Source: Alphaproteobacteria bacterium
GTDB taxonomy: Bacteria > Pseudomonadota > Alphaproteobacteria > Sphingomonadales > Sphingomonadaceae
DNA: 64,000 nucleotides
Assembly: GCA_031426015.1 (NCBI GenBank)
Contig: JANPKK010000055.1
Coordinates: forward strand, 17,912 to 81,911
Reading direction: 5' to 3'
The position numbers and the translations under genes are program-made. Below are positions 1-8,696 of this stretch, in pieces (the stretch's first letter is position 1; each line of letters starts with the position of its first letter). Under the pieces are notes generated by a model. It searched no databases. It worked only from the letters and a program-made list of their open reading frames with translations, and was not told the DNA's origin.

Positions 1-867
1 CTGACCTATGGCATTCCGGGGTTCAAGCTGGAAAAGCCGGTGGTGATGCGCCGCGTCGACCGGTTGAAGGATGCCGGCATCGTCTTCCATCATGATTTCG
101 AGGTCGGACGCGATGCGTCGCTTGCCGAACTGCGTGACCGCCATGATGCGCTGCTCGTCGCCACCGGTGTCTACACGCCGCGCGCCGTTGCCGTGCCGGG
201 TGCCAATGGCGCCAATGTCCTTGATGCGCTCGATTACCTGACCGCGTCGAACCGTGCCGGCTTTGGCGACACCGTGCCTGATGCGGCGCACTTCGATGCC
301 GCCGGCAAGCATGTCGTCGTCATCGGCGGCGGCGATACCGCGATGGATTGCGTGCGCACGGCGGTGCGGCAGGGTGCGGCGAGCGTCAAATGCCTTTATC
401 GCCGCGATCGCATCAACATGCCGGGATCGGTCCGCGAAGTCGCCCATGCCGAGGAAGAAGGCGTCGAATTCGTCTGGCTCGCCGCGCCCGCCGCGATCAC
501 GCCGGGGGCTGTTACCGCCAGCCGCATGCGCCTCGGCCAGGCCGGGCCCGATGGCCGGCGGTCGCCCGAGGTCGATCCCGGCGGCGATTTCACTGCGTCT
601 GCCGATCTCGTCATCAAGGCGCTGGGCTTCGATGCCGAGGATCTGCCCGGGTTGTTCGGCGCGCCCGACCTGTCGGTGACGCGCTGGGGCACGCTGCGGG
701 TCGATCACAAGACGATGATGACGTCATTGCCGGGCGTGTTCGCCGCCGGCGACATCGTCCGCGGCGCCTCGCTCGTTGTCTGGGCGGTGCGCGATGGCCG
801 TGACGTGTCGGTCCAGATGCACCAGTATTTGCGCGCCCGACTGGGCGCTGCCGCCGTCGCGGCCTGA
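1..867 (+). CDS. gltD: Glutamate synthase (NADPH) small subunit, 3' part (5' end outside window)
   Basis: Frame is open from base 1 (LTYGIPGFKLEK...). Dinucleotide-binding motif VVVIGGGDTAMDC and C-terminal GVFAAGDIVRGASLVVWAVRDGR are typical of GltD. Stop TGA at 865-867; gltB lies downstream. Confidence 0.9.
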   Translation: MTYGIPGFKLEKPVVMRRVDRLKDAGIVFHHDFEVGRDASLAELRDRHDALLVATGVYTPRAVAVPGANGANVLDALDYLTASNRAGFGDTVPDAAHFDAAGKHVVVIGGGDTAMDCVRTAVRQGAASVKCLYRRDRINMPGSVREVAHAEEEGVEFVWLAAPAAITPGAVTASRMRLGQAGPDGRRSPEVDPGGDFTASADLVIKALGFDAEDLPGLFGAPDLSVTRWGTLRVDHKTMMTSLPGVFAAGDIVRGASLVVWAVRDGRDVSVQMHQYLRARLGAAAVAA

Positions 868-879
868 GGAGACGAACCG

Positions 880-1434
880 ATGCTCACCCTGCTCACCGCC
901 GTTGTCATGGCCGCTTCACCCGCCGCGGCGCCGCCGCCCGTCGATCCTGCCACGATGGCGGCCGCCACGGCGCTGGTGCGCCAGCTCGATGTGCGCGGAC
1001 AGCTCAGCAAGGTGATGGCGCAGAATGTCGCCGCGATGCGCAGCGGCTATGCGATGCGCGCGCAGCTGGCGCAGCAGCCGGGGTTCGTCCCGGCCTATCG
1101 GGCCAACAAGGCGAAGTTCGATCCGGTGCTGCAAAAGGCCGGCGCCATCCAGGCCGACATCGCGCAAAAGGTCATCGCCGCCAACATGGATGCCGTCGTC
1201 ACCGAAGCGGCGCGTGCCTATGCCCGCAACTACACGACTGCCGAGTTGAAGGGCCTTGCCGATTTCTATCGCACCCCGCTCGGCAAGGCGCTCTACACCC
1301 GCCAGGGCAAGGTGACGGCCGAAATGGGGCGCGCTTCGGCGCAGATCATCGGTGGCAAGCTCGATGCGGCGATGACGGCCAACGCGCCGCGCCTCAAGGC
1401 GGCGCTGGCGCCGCTCAACAGCCCGCCAAAGTAA
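880..1434 (+). CDS. DUF2059-like exported protein
   Basis: ATG 880 is preceded by GAGGAG. Short hydrophobic N-terminus followed by an Ala/Pro linker. The segment YTTAELKGLADFYRTPLGKAL resembles the DUF2059 family (from memory). Confidence 0.65.
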   Translation: MLTLLTAVVMAASPAAAPPPVDPATMAAATALVRQLDVRGQLSKVMAQNVAAMRSGYAMRAQLAQQPGFVPAYRANKAKFDPVLQKAGAIQADIAQKVIAANMDAVVTEAARAYARNYTTAELKGLADFYRTPLGKALYTRQGKVTAEMGRASAQIIGGKLDAAMTANAPRLKAALAPLNSPPK

Positions 1435-1444
1435 GGACGGCCGC

Positions 1445-4400
1445 ATGACCACCCCCTTCACCGTATCGGCCGCCGAACGCGCCCGCATCGCCGATGTCGG
1501 CATGTATCGCCCCGACATGGAATCGGATGCCTGCGGCGTCGGCCTGATCGCTGCCACCGATGGCAAGCCGTCGCGTCGCGTTGTCATCGCCGGCATCGAG
1601 GCGTTGAAGGCCGTGTGGCATCGCGGCGCCGTCGATGCCGATGGCAAGACCGGCGATGGCGCCGGCATCCATGTCGAGCTGCCGCTGGATTTCTTCCACG
1701 AACATATCGGCCGTGCCGGACATAAGCCCAAACCGAACCTGCTCGCCGTCGGTCAGGTCTTCCTGCCGCGCACCGATCTGGCCGCCCAGGAAACCTGCCG
1801 CACCATCGTCGAATCCGAAATCATCGGTTTTGGTTACAAGGTCTATGGCTGGCGCCAGGTGCCGGTCGATGTCTCGGTGATCGGCGACAAGGCGATGCTG
1901 TCGCGGCCCGAGATCGAACAGATCATGATTGCCGGGCCGCTGCCCGATCCGGCGCTCGGCGCGCAAGGCAAGGCCGCAGCGATCGAGGCGTTCGAAAAGG
2001 ACCTCTATCTTATCCGCCGCCGCATCGAGAAGAAGGTTATCGAAAGTCAGACCCAGGGCTTCTACATCTGCTCGCTGTCGGCGCGCTCGATCATCTACAA
2101 GGGGCTGTTCCTCGCCGAGGAACTGTCGGTTTTCTATCCCGATCTCAACGACGAGCGCTTCGTCTCGCGCTTCGCCATCTATCACCAGCGCTACAGCACC
2201 AACACCTTCCCGCAATGGTGGCTGGCGCAGCCGTTCCGCTGCCTCGCCCATAATGGCGAAATCAACACGGTGCGCGGCAACACCAACTGGATGAAGAGCC
2301 ACGAAATCAAGATGGCCGCGGCCGCCTTTGGCGAACATTCGGAAGACATCAAGCCGCTGATTCCGGCGGGTGCTTCGGATACCGCGGCACTGGATGCGGT
2401 GTTCGAAGCCTTTGTCCGCTCGGGGCGCGATGCGCCGACCGCAAAGCTGATGCTCGTTCCCGAAGCCTGGGCCAAGGATGACAGCCTGCCCGAAACGCAC
2501 CGGGCGATGTATGCGTTCTTTGCCAGCGTCATGGAGGCCTGGGATGGGCCGGCGGCGCTGGCGATGACCGATGGCCGCTGGGTGGTCGCCGGGCTCGACC
2601 GCAACGCGCTGCGGCCGATGCGGTACTGCCTGACCCGCGACGGCCTGCTCGTCACCGGGTCGGAAGCCGGCATGGTCGTCATTCCCGAAGCCGATATGGT
2701 GATGAAGGGCGCGCTCGGCCCCGGCGAAATGATCGCGGTCGATCTCGATGGCGATGGTATTGTCGCCAGAGGCGATGGTATCGGCACCACCGGCGCTGCC
2801 GGCCCGCGCTTTTATTCGGATCGCGAGATCAAGGATCGGATTGCCGCCGCGCATGATTATGCCGCGATGGTGGCGGGCTTCACCACCTTCACCTCGATGA
2901 AGGGCCATGATGGCGCCCAGCCCGGCGCACACTACAGCCGTGATGAACTGCGCCGCCGCCAGGTCGCCGCCGGCCAGACCATGGAAGACATGGAACTGCT
3001 GCTCAGCCCGATGGTCGACGATGCCAAGGAAGCCATCGGCAGCATGGGCGATGACGCCCCGCTGGCGGTGATTTCGGAAAACCCGCGCAACCTGTCGCAT
3101 TTTTTCCGCCAGAATTTTTCGCAGGTGACCAACCCGCCGATCGACAGCTTGCGCGAAACCCGGGTGATGAGCCTGAAGACGCGCTTTTCGAACCTCGGCA
3201 ATATCCTCGATGACGATGCCCGCCAGGAAGGCGTGATGGTCATCGACACCCCGGTGATGACCAACAAGGGCTGGGAAGTTCTCAAGGCGCATTTCGGCAA
3301 GCAGGTCGCCGAGATCGATTGCAGCTTCGACATCCACGGCGGGCCGGAAGCGCTGCGCTCGGCGATCGCGCGGGTACGCGCCGAAGCCGAAACTGCGGTG
3401 CGTTCGGGCAAGAGCCAGCTGTTCCTCACCGATGAACACCAGTCGGCAACGCGGATGGGGATCAGCATGATCCTCGCTACCGCCGGCGTGCACACCCATC
3501 TGGTGCGCAAGGGCCTGCGCACCTTTGCCTCGATCAACGTCCGCGCCGCCGAAGCGCTCGACACGCATTATTTCGCCGTGCTGATCGGGGTCGGCGCCAC
3601 CACGGTCAACGCCTATCTGGCGCAGGAAGCCATTGCCGACCGCCACGCCCGCGGCCTGTTCGGCAGCCGCCCCTATGACGAATGCGTCGCGCGCTACAAG
3701 AAGGCGGTCGAGGACGGCCTGCTCAAGATCATGGCGAAGATGGGCATCGCGGTCATCTCGTCATACCGCGGCGGCTACAACTTCGAAGCTGTCGGGCTCA
3801 GCCGCGCGCTGGTCAATGATTTCTTCCCCGGCATGCCGGCCAAGATCTCGGGCGAGGGTTTCGAATCGCTGTTCATCAATGCCCAGATGCGCCATGAGGC
3901 CGCGTTCGATGAAGACGTCATCGCGCTGCCGATCGGCGGGCTCTACCGCTATCGCGCCGGTTCCGAAGCCCATGCCTATCAGGCGGGGTTGATCCACCTG
4001 CTCCAGCATGCGGTGGGGGCGGACAGCTATTCGGACTATCTCAACTTCAGCCGGGCGGTGCGCGAACAGCCGCCGATCGCGCTGCGCGACCTGCTCGATT
4101 TCGTGCCGACCAAGGCGATCCCGGTCGAGGAAGTCGAATCGATCACCGAAATCCGCAAGCGCTTCGTCACCCCGGGGATGAGCCTTGGCGCGCTGTCGCC
4201 CGAAGCGCATGAGACACTCGCCATCGCGATGAACCGCATTGGCGCCAAGGCGGTGAGCGGCGAGGGCGGCGAGGACCGCAAGCGCTTCACGCCCTATGAA
4301 AACGGCGACAATGCCAATTCGGTGGTCAAGCAGATCGCCAGCGGGCGCTTCGGCGTGACGGCGGAATATCTCAACGCCTGCGAGGAAATCGAGATCAAGG

Positions 4401-6052
4401 TCGCGCAGGGCGCCAAGCCCGGGGAGGGCGGGCAGTTGCCCGGCTTCAAGGTCACCGACCTCATTGCCCGGCTGCGCCATTCGACGCCCGGGGTGACGCT
4501 GATCTCGCCGCCGCCGCACCATGACATCTATTCGATCGAGGATCTGGCGCAGCTCATCTACGACCTCAAGCAGATCAACCCGCGCGCCCGGGTGTGCGTG
4601 AAACTGGTCAGCAGCGCCGGCATCGGCACTGTCGCCGCCGGTGTCGCCAAGGCGCACGCCGACGTCATCCTGATCTCGGGCCATGTCGGCGGCACCGCGG
4701 CAAGCCCGCAGACCAGCATCAAATATGCCGGCACGCCGTGGGAAATGGGGCTGTCCGAAGTCAACCAGGTGCTGACGCTCAACGGCCTGCGCCACCGGGT
4801 CAAATTGCGCACCGATGGTGGGCTGAAGACCGGCCGCGACATTGTCATCGCCGCCATATTGGGCGCCGAGGAATATGGCATCGGCACGCTCAGCCTCGTT
4901 GCCATGGGCTGCATCATGGTGCGGCAGTGCCATTCGAACACCTGCCCGGTCGGCGTCTGCACCCAGGACGATGCGCTGCGCCAGAAGTTCGTCGGCACGC
5001 CGGAAAAGGTCATCAATCTGATGAGCTTCATCGCCGAGGAAGTCCGCGAGATTCTCGCCAAACTGGGGGTCAAGTCGCTCGACGATGTCATCGGCCGCAC
5101 CGAATTGCTGCGCCAGGTCAGCCGCGGCGCCGAACATCTCGACGATCTCGATCTCAACCCGATTCTCGCCAAGGTCGATGCGCCCGATCATATGCGCCGC
5201 TTCGGCATCGAGGGCCATCGCAACCCGGTGCCCGACAGCCTTGATGCCGATATGATCCGCGATGCCGAACAATTGTTCAGCCGCGGTGAAAAGATGCAAT
5301 TGACCTATGCGGTGCGCAACACCCATCGCGCCGTCGGCACCCGCCTGTCGGCCGAGATCACCGCCAAGTTCGGCATGACCGGGCTGGCGCCGGGCCATGT
5401 CCAGATCCGGCTGCGCGGCTCGGCCGGGCAGTCGCTTGGGGCCTTTGCGGTGCAGGGCATCAGGCTGGAAGTCTTCGGCGAGGCCAATGACTATGTCGGC
5501 AAGGGCCTGTCGGGGGCGACGATCGTCGTGCGGCCGATGGTATCGTCGCCGCTCGCCAGCCAGGCCAATGCGATCATCGGCAACACCGTGCTCTATGGTG
5601 CCACGGCGGGCCGGCTGTTCGCTGCCGGGCGTGCGGGCGAACGTTTTGCCGTGCGCAATTCGGGCGCGGTGGTTGTCGTGGAAGGCTGCGGCGCCAATGG
5701 CTGCGAATACATGACCGGCGGTGTCGCCGTCGTGCTGGGCCGCACCGGTGACAATTTCGCGGCGGGCATGAGCGGCGGCATGGCCTTTGTCTATGATGAA
5801 ACCGGTGATTTCCCGCGCCGGGTCAATGGCGAGAGCGTGCTGACGGGTCGGCTGGCCAGCGCGCATTGGGAAGGCGTCGTGCATGACCTGATCAGCGAGC
5901 ACGCCCGCGAAACCGGCTCGAAATGGTCGGCGGGGCTGATCGCCGAATGGGATCGCACCCGCTTGCGGCTCTGGCAGATCTGCCCGCGCGAGATGGTCAG
6001 CCGGCTGGCGCACCCGCTCGACGACAGCGCCGTGCTGGTCGCCGCCGAATAG
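1445..6052 (+). CDS. gltB: Glutamate synthase large subunit (GOGAT alpha chain)
   Basis: 1535 aa. N-terminal Ntn-amidotransferase Cys (MESDACGVGLIA), FMN/synthase region (KVAQGAKPGEGGQLPG), 3Fe-4S Cys cluster (CIMVRQCHSNTCPVGVCTQ) and a C-terminal GXGXG beta-helix domain (NYVGKGLSGATIVV). Confidence 0.97.
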   Translation: MTTPFTVSAAERARIADVGMYRPDMESDACGVGLIAATDGKPSRRVVIAGIEALKAVWHRGAVDADGKTGDGAGIHVELPLDFFHEHIGRAGHKPKPNLLAVGQVFLPRTDLAAQETCRTIVESEIIGFGYKVYGWRQVPVDVSVIGDKAMLSRPEIEQIMIAGPLPDPALGAQGKAAAIEAFEKDLYLIRRRIEKKVIESQTQGFYICSLSARSIIYKGLFLAEELSVFYPDLNDERFVSRFAIYHQRYSTNTFPQWWLAQPFRCLAHNGEINTVRGNTNWMKSHEIKMAAAAFGEHSEDIKPLIPAGASDTAALDAVFEAFVRSGRDAPTAKLMLVPEAWAKDDSLPETHRAMYAFFASVMEAWDGPAALAMTDGRWVVAGLDRNALRPMRYCLTRDGLLVTGSEAGMVVIPEADMVMKGALGPGEMIAVDLDGDGIVARGDGIGTTGAAGPRFYSDREIKDRIAAAHDYAAMVAGFTTFTSMKGHDGAQPGAHYSRDELRRRQVAAGQTMEDMELLLSPMVDDAKEAIGSMGDDAPLAVISENPRNLSHFFRQNFSQVTNPPIDSLRETRVMSLKTRFSNLGNILDDDARQEGVMVIDTPVMTNKGWEVLKAHFGKQVAEIDCSFDIHGGPEALRSAIARVRAEAETAVRSGKSQLFLTDEHQSATRMGISMILATAGVHTHLVRKGLRTFASINVRAAEALDTHYFAVLIGVGATTVNAYLAQEAIADRHARGLFGSRPYDECVARYKKAVEDGLLKIMAKMGIAVISSYRGGYNFEAVGLSRALVNDFFPGMPAKISGEGFESLFINAQMRHEAAFDEDVIALPIGGLYRYRAGSEAHAYQAGLIHLLQHAVGADSYSDYLNFSRAVREQPPIALRDLLDFVPTKAIPVEEVESITEIRKRFVTPGMSLGALSPEAHETLAIAMNRIGAKAVSGEGGEDRKRFTPYENGDNANSVVKQIASGRFGVTAEYLNACEEIEIKVAQGAKPGEGGQLPGFKVTDLIARLRHSTPGVTLISPPPHHDIYSIEDLAQLIYDLKQINPRARVCVKLVSSAGIGTVAAGVAKAHADVILISGHVGGTAASPQTSIKYAGTPWEMGLSEVNQVLTLNGLRHRVKLRTDGGLKTGRDIVIAAILGAEEYGIGTLSLVAMGCIMVRQCHSNTCPVGVCTQDDALRQKFVGTPEKVINLMSFIAEEVREILAKLGVKSLDDVIGRTELLRQVSRGAEHLDDLDLNPILAKVDAPDHMRRFGIEGHRNPVPDSLDADMIRDAEQLFSRGEKMQLTYAVRNTHRAVGTRLSAEITAKFGMTGLAPGHVQIRLRGSAGQSLGAFAVQGIRLEVFGEANDYVGKGLSGATIVVRPMVSSPLASQANAIIGNTVLYGATAGRLFAAGRAGERFAVRNSGAVVVVEGCGANGCEYMTGGVAVVLGRTGDNFAAGMSGGMAFVYDETGDFPRRVNGESVLTGRLASAHWEGVVHDLISEHARETGSKWSAGLIAEWDRTRLRLWQICPREMVSRLAHPLDDSAVLVAAE

Positions 6053-6098
6053 GCTTTCAACAGACTGTATTGTTTTTGTCATACAGTCTGTTGAAAGC
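6053..6098 (+). terminator. Perfect 18-bp-stem hairpin immediately after the gltB stop (putative terminator or protein-binding palindrome)
   Basis: gctttcaacagactgtat (6053-6070), loop tgtttttgtc, then atacagtctgttgaaagc (6081-6098), an exact reverse complement. No U-tract follows the hairpin. Confidence 0.5.
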
Positions 6099-6146
6099 CG
6101 GCGGCGGTCTGCCTATCTTGGGGCTGTTCAACAACAGGATGCCGCC

Positions 6147-6461
6147 ATGGCCGACAACAGGCAGGACCCGCTCATCGAAAGCCTGATGGCACTTGCCGTC
6201 AGCGCTGCCCCGCTGATCAAGCGCGCCCGAGAATCGGGGATGTTCAAGGCCGGCAGCCGCGAGGATGCGGCGTCGGAGACAATCGTCGAAGCGACGGTGG
6301 TAAAGCCCGAGGCGGCAAAGGCCGAGCCCGGCCCGGACGCCGCTGCCGAAAAGGCCGCGCTGCAGGACATCGTCATCAGCCAAGCGATGAAGATTTCGGC
6401 GCTGGAGGCCGAGGTTGCGCGGCTGCAGGCGCAGATCGCCAAGGCCAAGGCCAAGAAATAG
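6147..6461 (+). CDS. Hypothetical small protein with C-terminal coiled-coil-like tail
   Basis: 104-aa ORF. C-terminus ALEAEVARLQAQIAKAKAKK. No recognisable family. Confidence 0.45.
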   Translation: MADNRQDPLIESLMALAVSAAPLIKRARESGMFKAGSREDAASETIVEATVVKPEAAKAEPGPDAAAEKAALQDIVISQAMKISALEAEVARLQAQIAKAKAKK

Positions 6462-6500
6462 CATGGGTCCGGGCCGGCACGCGCCGGCCCGGATGCCCGG

Positions 6501-6794
6501 TCACGGCTTTTTGAACAGCACTTCGCCGCGCCGTTCGACATAGAGTTTTTCAAAGCTGATCGGATCGAAATAGGCTTCGACCCGGTCGCCCTGCGGCGTG
6601 GTGCCATAGACTTCGTAGCAACCGCCATCGAGCTTGGCCTTGCGCACCTGCCAGCCCTGTTTGGTCAGGTCGGCGGTCAGCGCTTCGATGCTCTTGCGCT
6701 GTTCGGGCTTGGCGGTGCAGGTCATCTTGCCGGTGGCAAGCACCGGGGCAGCGATGACGAGCAACAGCGCGGCCAGCGGGTAACGGATATTCAT
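6501..6794 (-). CDS. PepSY-domain exported protein
   Basis: I chose the ATG at 6794 (MNIRYPLAALLLVIAAPVLA signal peptide, AGGAAAGG upstream). Core motif GCYEVYGTTPQGDRVEAYFDP is PepSY-like. The start overlaps the upstream gene's stop (ATGA). Confidence 0.75.
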   Translation of the reverse strand: MNIRYPLAALLLVIAAPVLATGKMTCTAKPEQRKSIEALTADLTKQGWQVRKAKLDGGCYEVYGTTPQGDRVEAYFDPISFEKLYVERRGEVLFKKP

Positions 6795-7357
6795 GCGGGG
6801 ACCTTTCCTGGTCGTGGGAAGAAACGGGCAAGTTCGAGAATCAGCAGGGCGCCGCCGAGCCACAGGGCGTGGCGCAACCCGTCATGGACCAGCGCCCCAT
6901 GGACGAGCGCCAGCAGCGCGGCCGGATAGGCCAGCCGCTGCACGCGTTTCCAGTTGCGGCCGAGCCGGCGCATCGCACCATCATGGCTGGTCAAGGCCAG
7001 CGGCAGCAGCAGCGCCAGCGCCGCCCAGCCGGTCCAGATACCCAGCGCGGTGATTTCGGCGAGGATGACGGCCAGTTCTCCCATCGCGGCGGCATAAAGC
7101 CCGAGATGGACAAGGCTGGTGGCAAAGGCGGCGAGCCCGATCGCCCGGCGCTGGTGGCGCAGCCAGCCGAGTTGCGGGAACCAGCGCAGCAGCGGCGTGA
7201 TCGCCAGTGCGGCGGTGAGCAGGCGGACCGCCCATTCACCGCTTTCCTTGGTAAGGTGATCGAGATCGGCATCGGGGCCGCGCAGCGCCACCAGCTGCAC
7301 CAGCGCCGGTATGGCGAGAAGCAACCAGAACAGCCAGGCAGGGCGACGCAGCGTCAT
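6791..7357 (-). CDS. Ferric-reductase-like transmembrane protein (MsrQ/YedZ-like haem-binding membrane subunit)
   Basis: ATG 7357 has AGGAAG 5 nt upstream. Multi-pass hydrophobic protein with conserved His residues inside TM helices (SLVHLGLY, ALVHGALVH), typical of the YedZ/MsrQ fold. Confidence 0.7.
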   Translation of the reverse strand: MTLRRPAWLFWLLLAIPALVQLVALRGPDADLDHLTKESGEWAVRLLTAALAITPLLRWFPQLGWLRHQRRAIGLAAFATSLVHLGLYAAAMGELAVILAEITALGIWTGWAALALLLPLALTSHDGAMRRLGRNWKRVQRLAYPAALLALVHGALVHDGLRHALWLGGALLILELARFFPRPGKVPA

Positions 7358-7437
7358 TGCCACTTCCTAGCCTTGTTGCGAATGGCTTGCAACAATACTG
7401 GCTCGACTTTGTGCGCCGAAGCCCGGAAACTGCCGGC

Positions 7438-7923
7438 ATGGACGCCCCCGACATCATGACGATCTGCCGCCGCCACATCGGCATCTGGCATGGCCAGTAC
7501 CGGCATTTCGACCCTGCGGGGACCGAGATCGACGCCCATGCCAGCGAAATCGTCAACGCCTTCCCGGCCGATGGCCCGCACGCCTATGTCCAGACCAGCC
7601 GCTTCCTGTGGCCTGATGGCCGGCGTGAGGAACATGTCTTTCCCGGCGAGTTGCGTGACAATCGCCTTCATTGGGAAACACAACGGCTGCGCGGTGTCGC
7701 TTTTACCACCGCCGATGCCCCCGACGCGCTGTTCCTGCGCTTCGAACGTGTCGATCTGCCGGGCATCGCGATCCTCGAAATGATCGAGATTGATGCCGAA
7801 GCCGGCGTGCGGATGCGCAGCTGGCAATGGCTTTCCGATGGCCGGCCGTTCCGGCGCACCCTGGTCGATGAACGGCGCATCACCCGCGACACCGCCGCCG
7901 GGACCGCGCTGCCGCCCTCTTGA
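7438..7923 (+). CDS. Hypothetical protein
   Basis: ORF with ATG at 7438 (MDAPDIMTICRRHIGIWHG...). Codon usage is host-like. No family recognised. Confidence 0.5.
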   Translation: MDAPDIMTICRRHIGIWHGQYRHFDPAGTEIDAHASEIVNAFPADGPHAYVQTSRFLWPDGRREEHVFPGELRDNRLHWETQRLRGVAFTTADAPDALFLRFERVDLPGIAILEMIEIDAEAGVRMRSWQWLSDGRPFRRTLVDERRITRDTAAGTALPPS

Positions 7924-7998
7924 TGCGCCGTTTCGGTGCATTTACACCACAGGGTCACTTCCCCCGCGCGCGCTTTGCGGTAAAGTAAGTTGACCAAA

Positions 7999-8664
7999 AT
8001 GTGGCGCCTTTATCAATATCCCCTCTGCCCGTTCAGCCGGAAGGTGCGCTTTGCCGCTGCGGTAAAGGGGATTCCGGTCGAACTGGTGCGCGAATACCCT
8101 TGGGAACGCCGCGACAGCTTTGCCGCGCTCAACCCCGCGGTGCAGACGCCGGTGATCCAGAATGGCAATCTGATTCTCACCGACAGCGTCGCCATCTGCG
8201 AATATTTCGAAGAAACCGTCGAACGCACGCCGCTGCTCGGCGCCGGGCCGGAGGAGCGTGCCGAAGCGCGGCGGCTGTCGGCATGGTTCGATCAGAAATT
8301 CTACGCCGAAGTCACCGCGCCGCTGCTTGGTGAACGCATGTACAAGCGCGTCTTTGCGCGGCAGGCACCCGATGCCGGGGTGGTACGCAATGCCTCGCGC
8401 AATGCCAAGGCGCACCTTGATTATGTCGATTTCCTGCTCGATCGGCGGCGCTGGCTGGCGGGGCCGGCCTTCGGGCTCGCCGATATTGCCGCGGTGGCGC
8501 AGATTTCGGTGGCCGATTATCTCGGGGGCATCGATTGGGACGGCCATGATGCCGCCAAGACCTGGTATTCGGCGCTGAAATCGCGCCCGACCTTTCGCCC
8601 CATGCTCGGTGACCGCATGGAAGGCCTGCCGCCGCCGGTGCACTACGACAAGCTGGACTTTTAG
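7999..8664 (+). CDS. Glutathione S-transferase family protein
   Basis: MWRLYQYPLCPFSRKVRF thioredoxin-like N-domain with cis-Pro region (VQTPVI) and a C-terminal alpha-helical GST domain. Start is uncertain (TTG 7990 or ATG 7999). Confidence 0.85.
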   Translation: MWRLYQYPLCPFSRKVRFAAAVKGIPVELVREYPWERRDSFAALNPAVQTPVIQNGNLILTDSVAICEYFEETVERTPLLGAGPEERAEARRLSAWFDQKFYAEVTAPLLGERMYKRVFARQAPDAGVVRNASRNAKAHLDYVDFLLDRRRWLAGPAFGLADIAAVAQISVADYLGGIDWDGHDAAKTWYSALKSRPTFRPMLGDRMEGLPPPVHYDKLDF

Positions 8665-8696
8665 GTTTCTACCCCCCCCCCTGTGGGAGGGAGTCG

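Noticed and set aside
1415-6082. 743-aa and 773-aa minus-strand ORFs overlapping gltB
   Set aside because: These are antisense shadows in high-G+C DNA. Their products are Arg/Ala/Gly-rich with no motifs, whereas the plus strand encodes an unmistakable GltB.
8672-8690. C10 run followed by GGGAGGGAG between the convergent GST and GDH genes, as a special element
   Set aside because: It is most simply an imperfect GC hairpin serving the two convergent genes. There is too little information for anything more.
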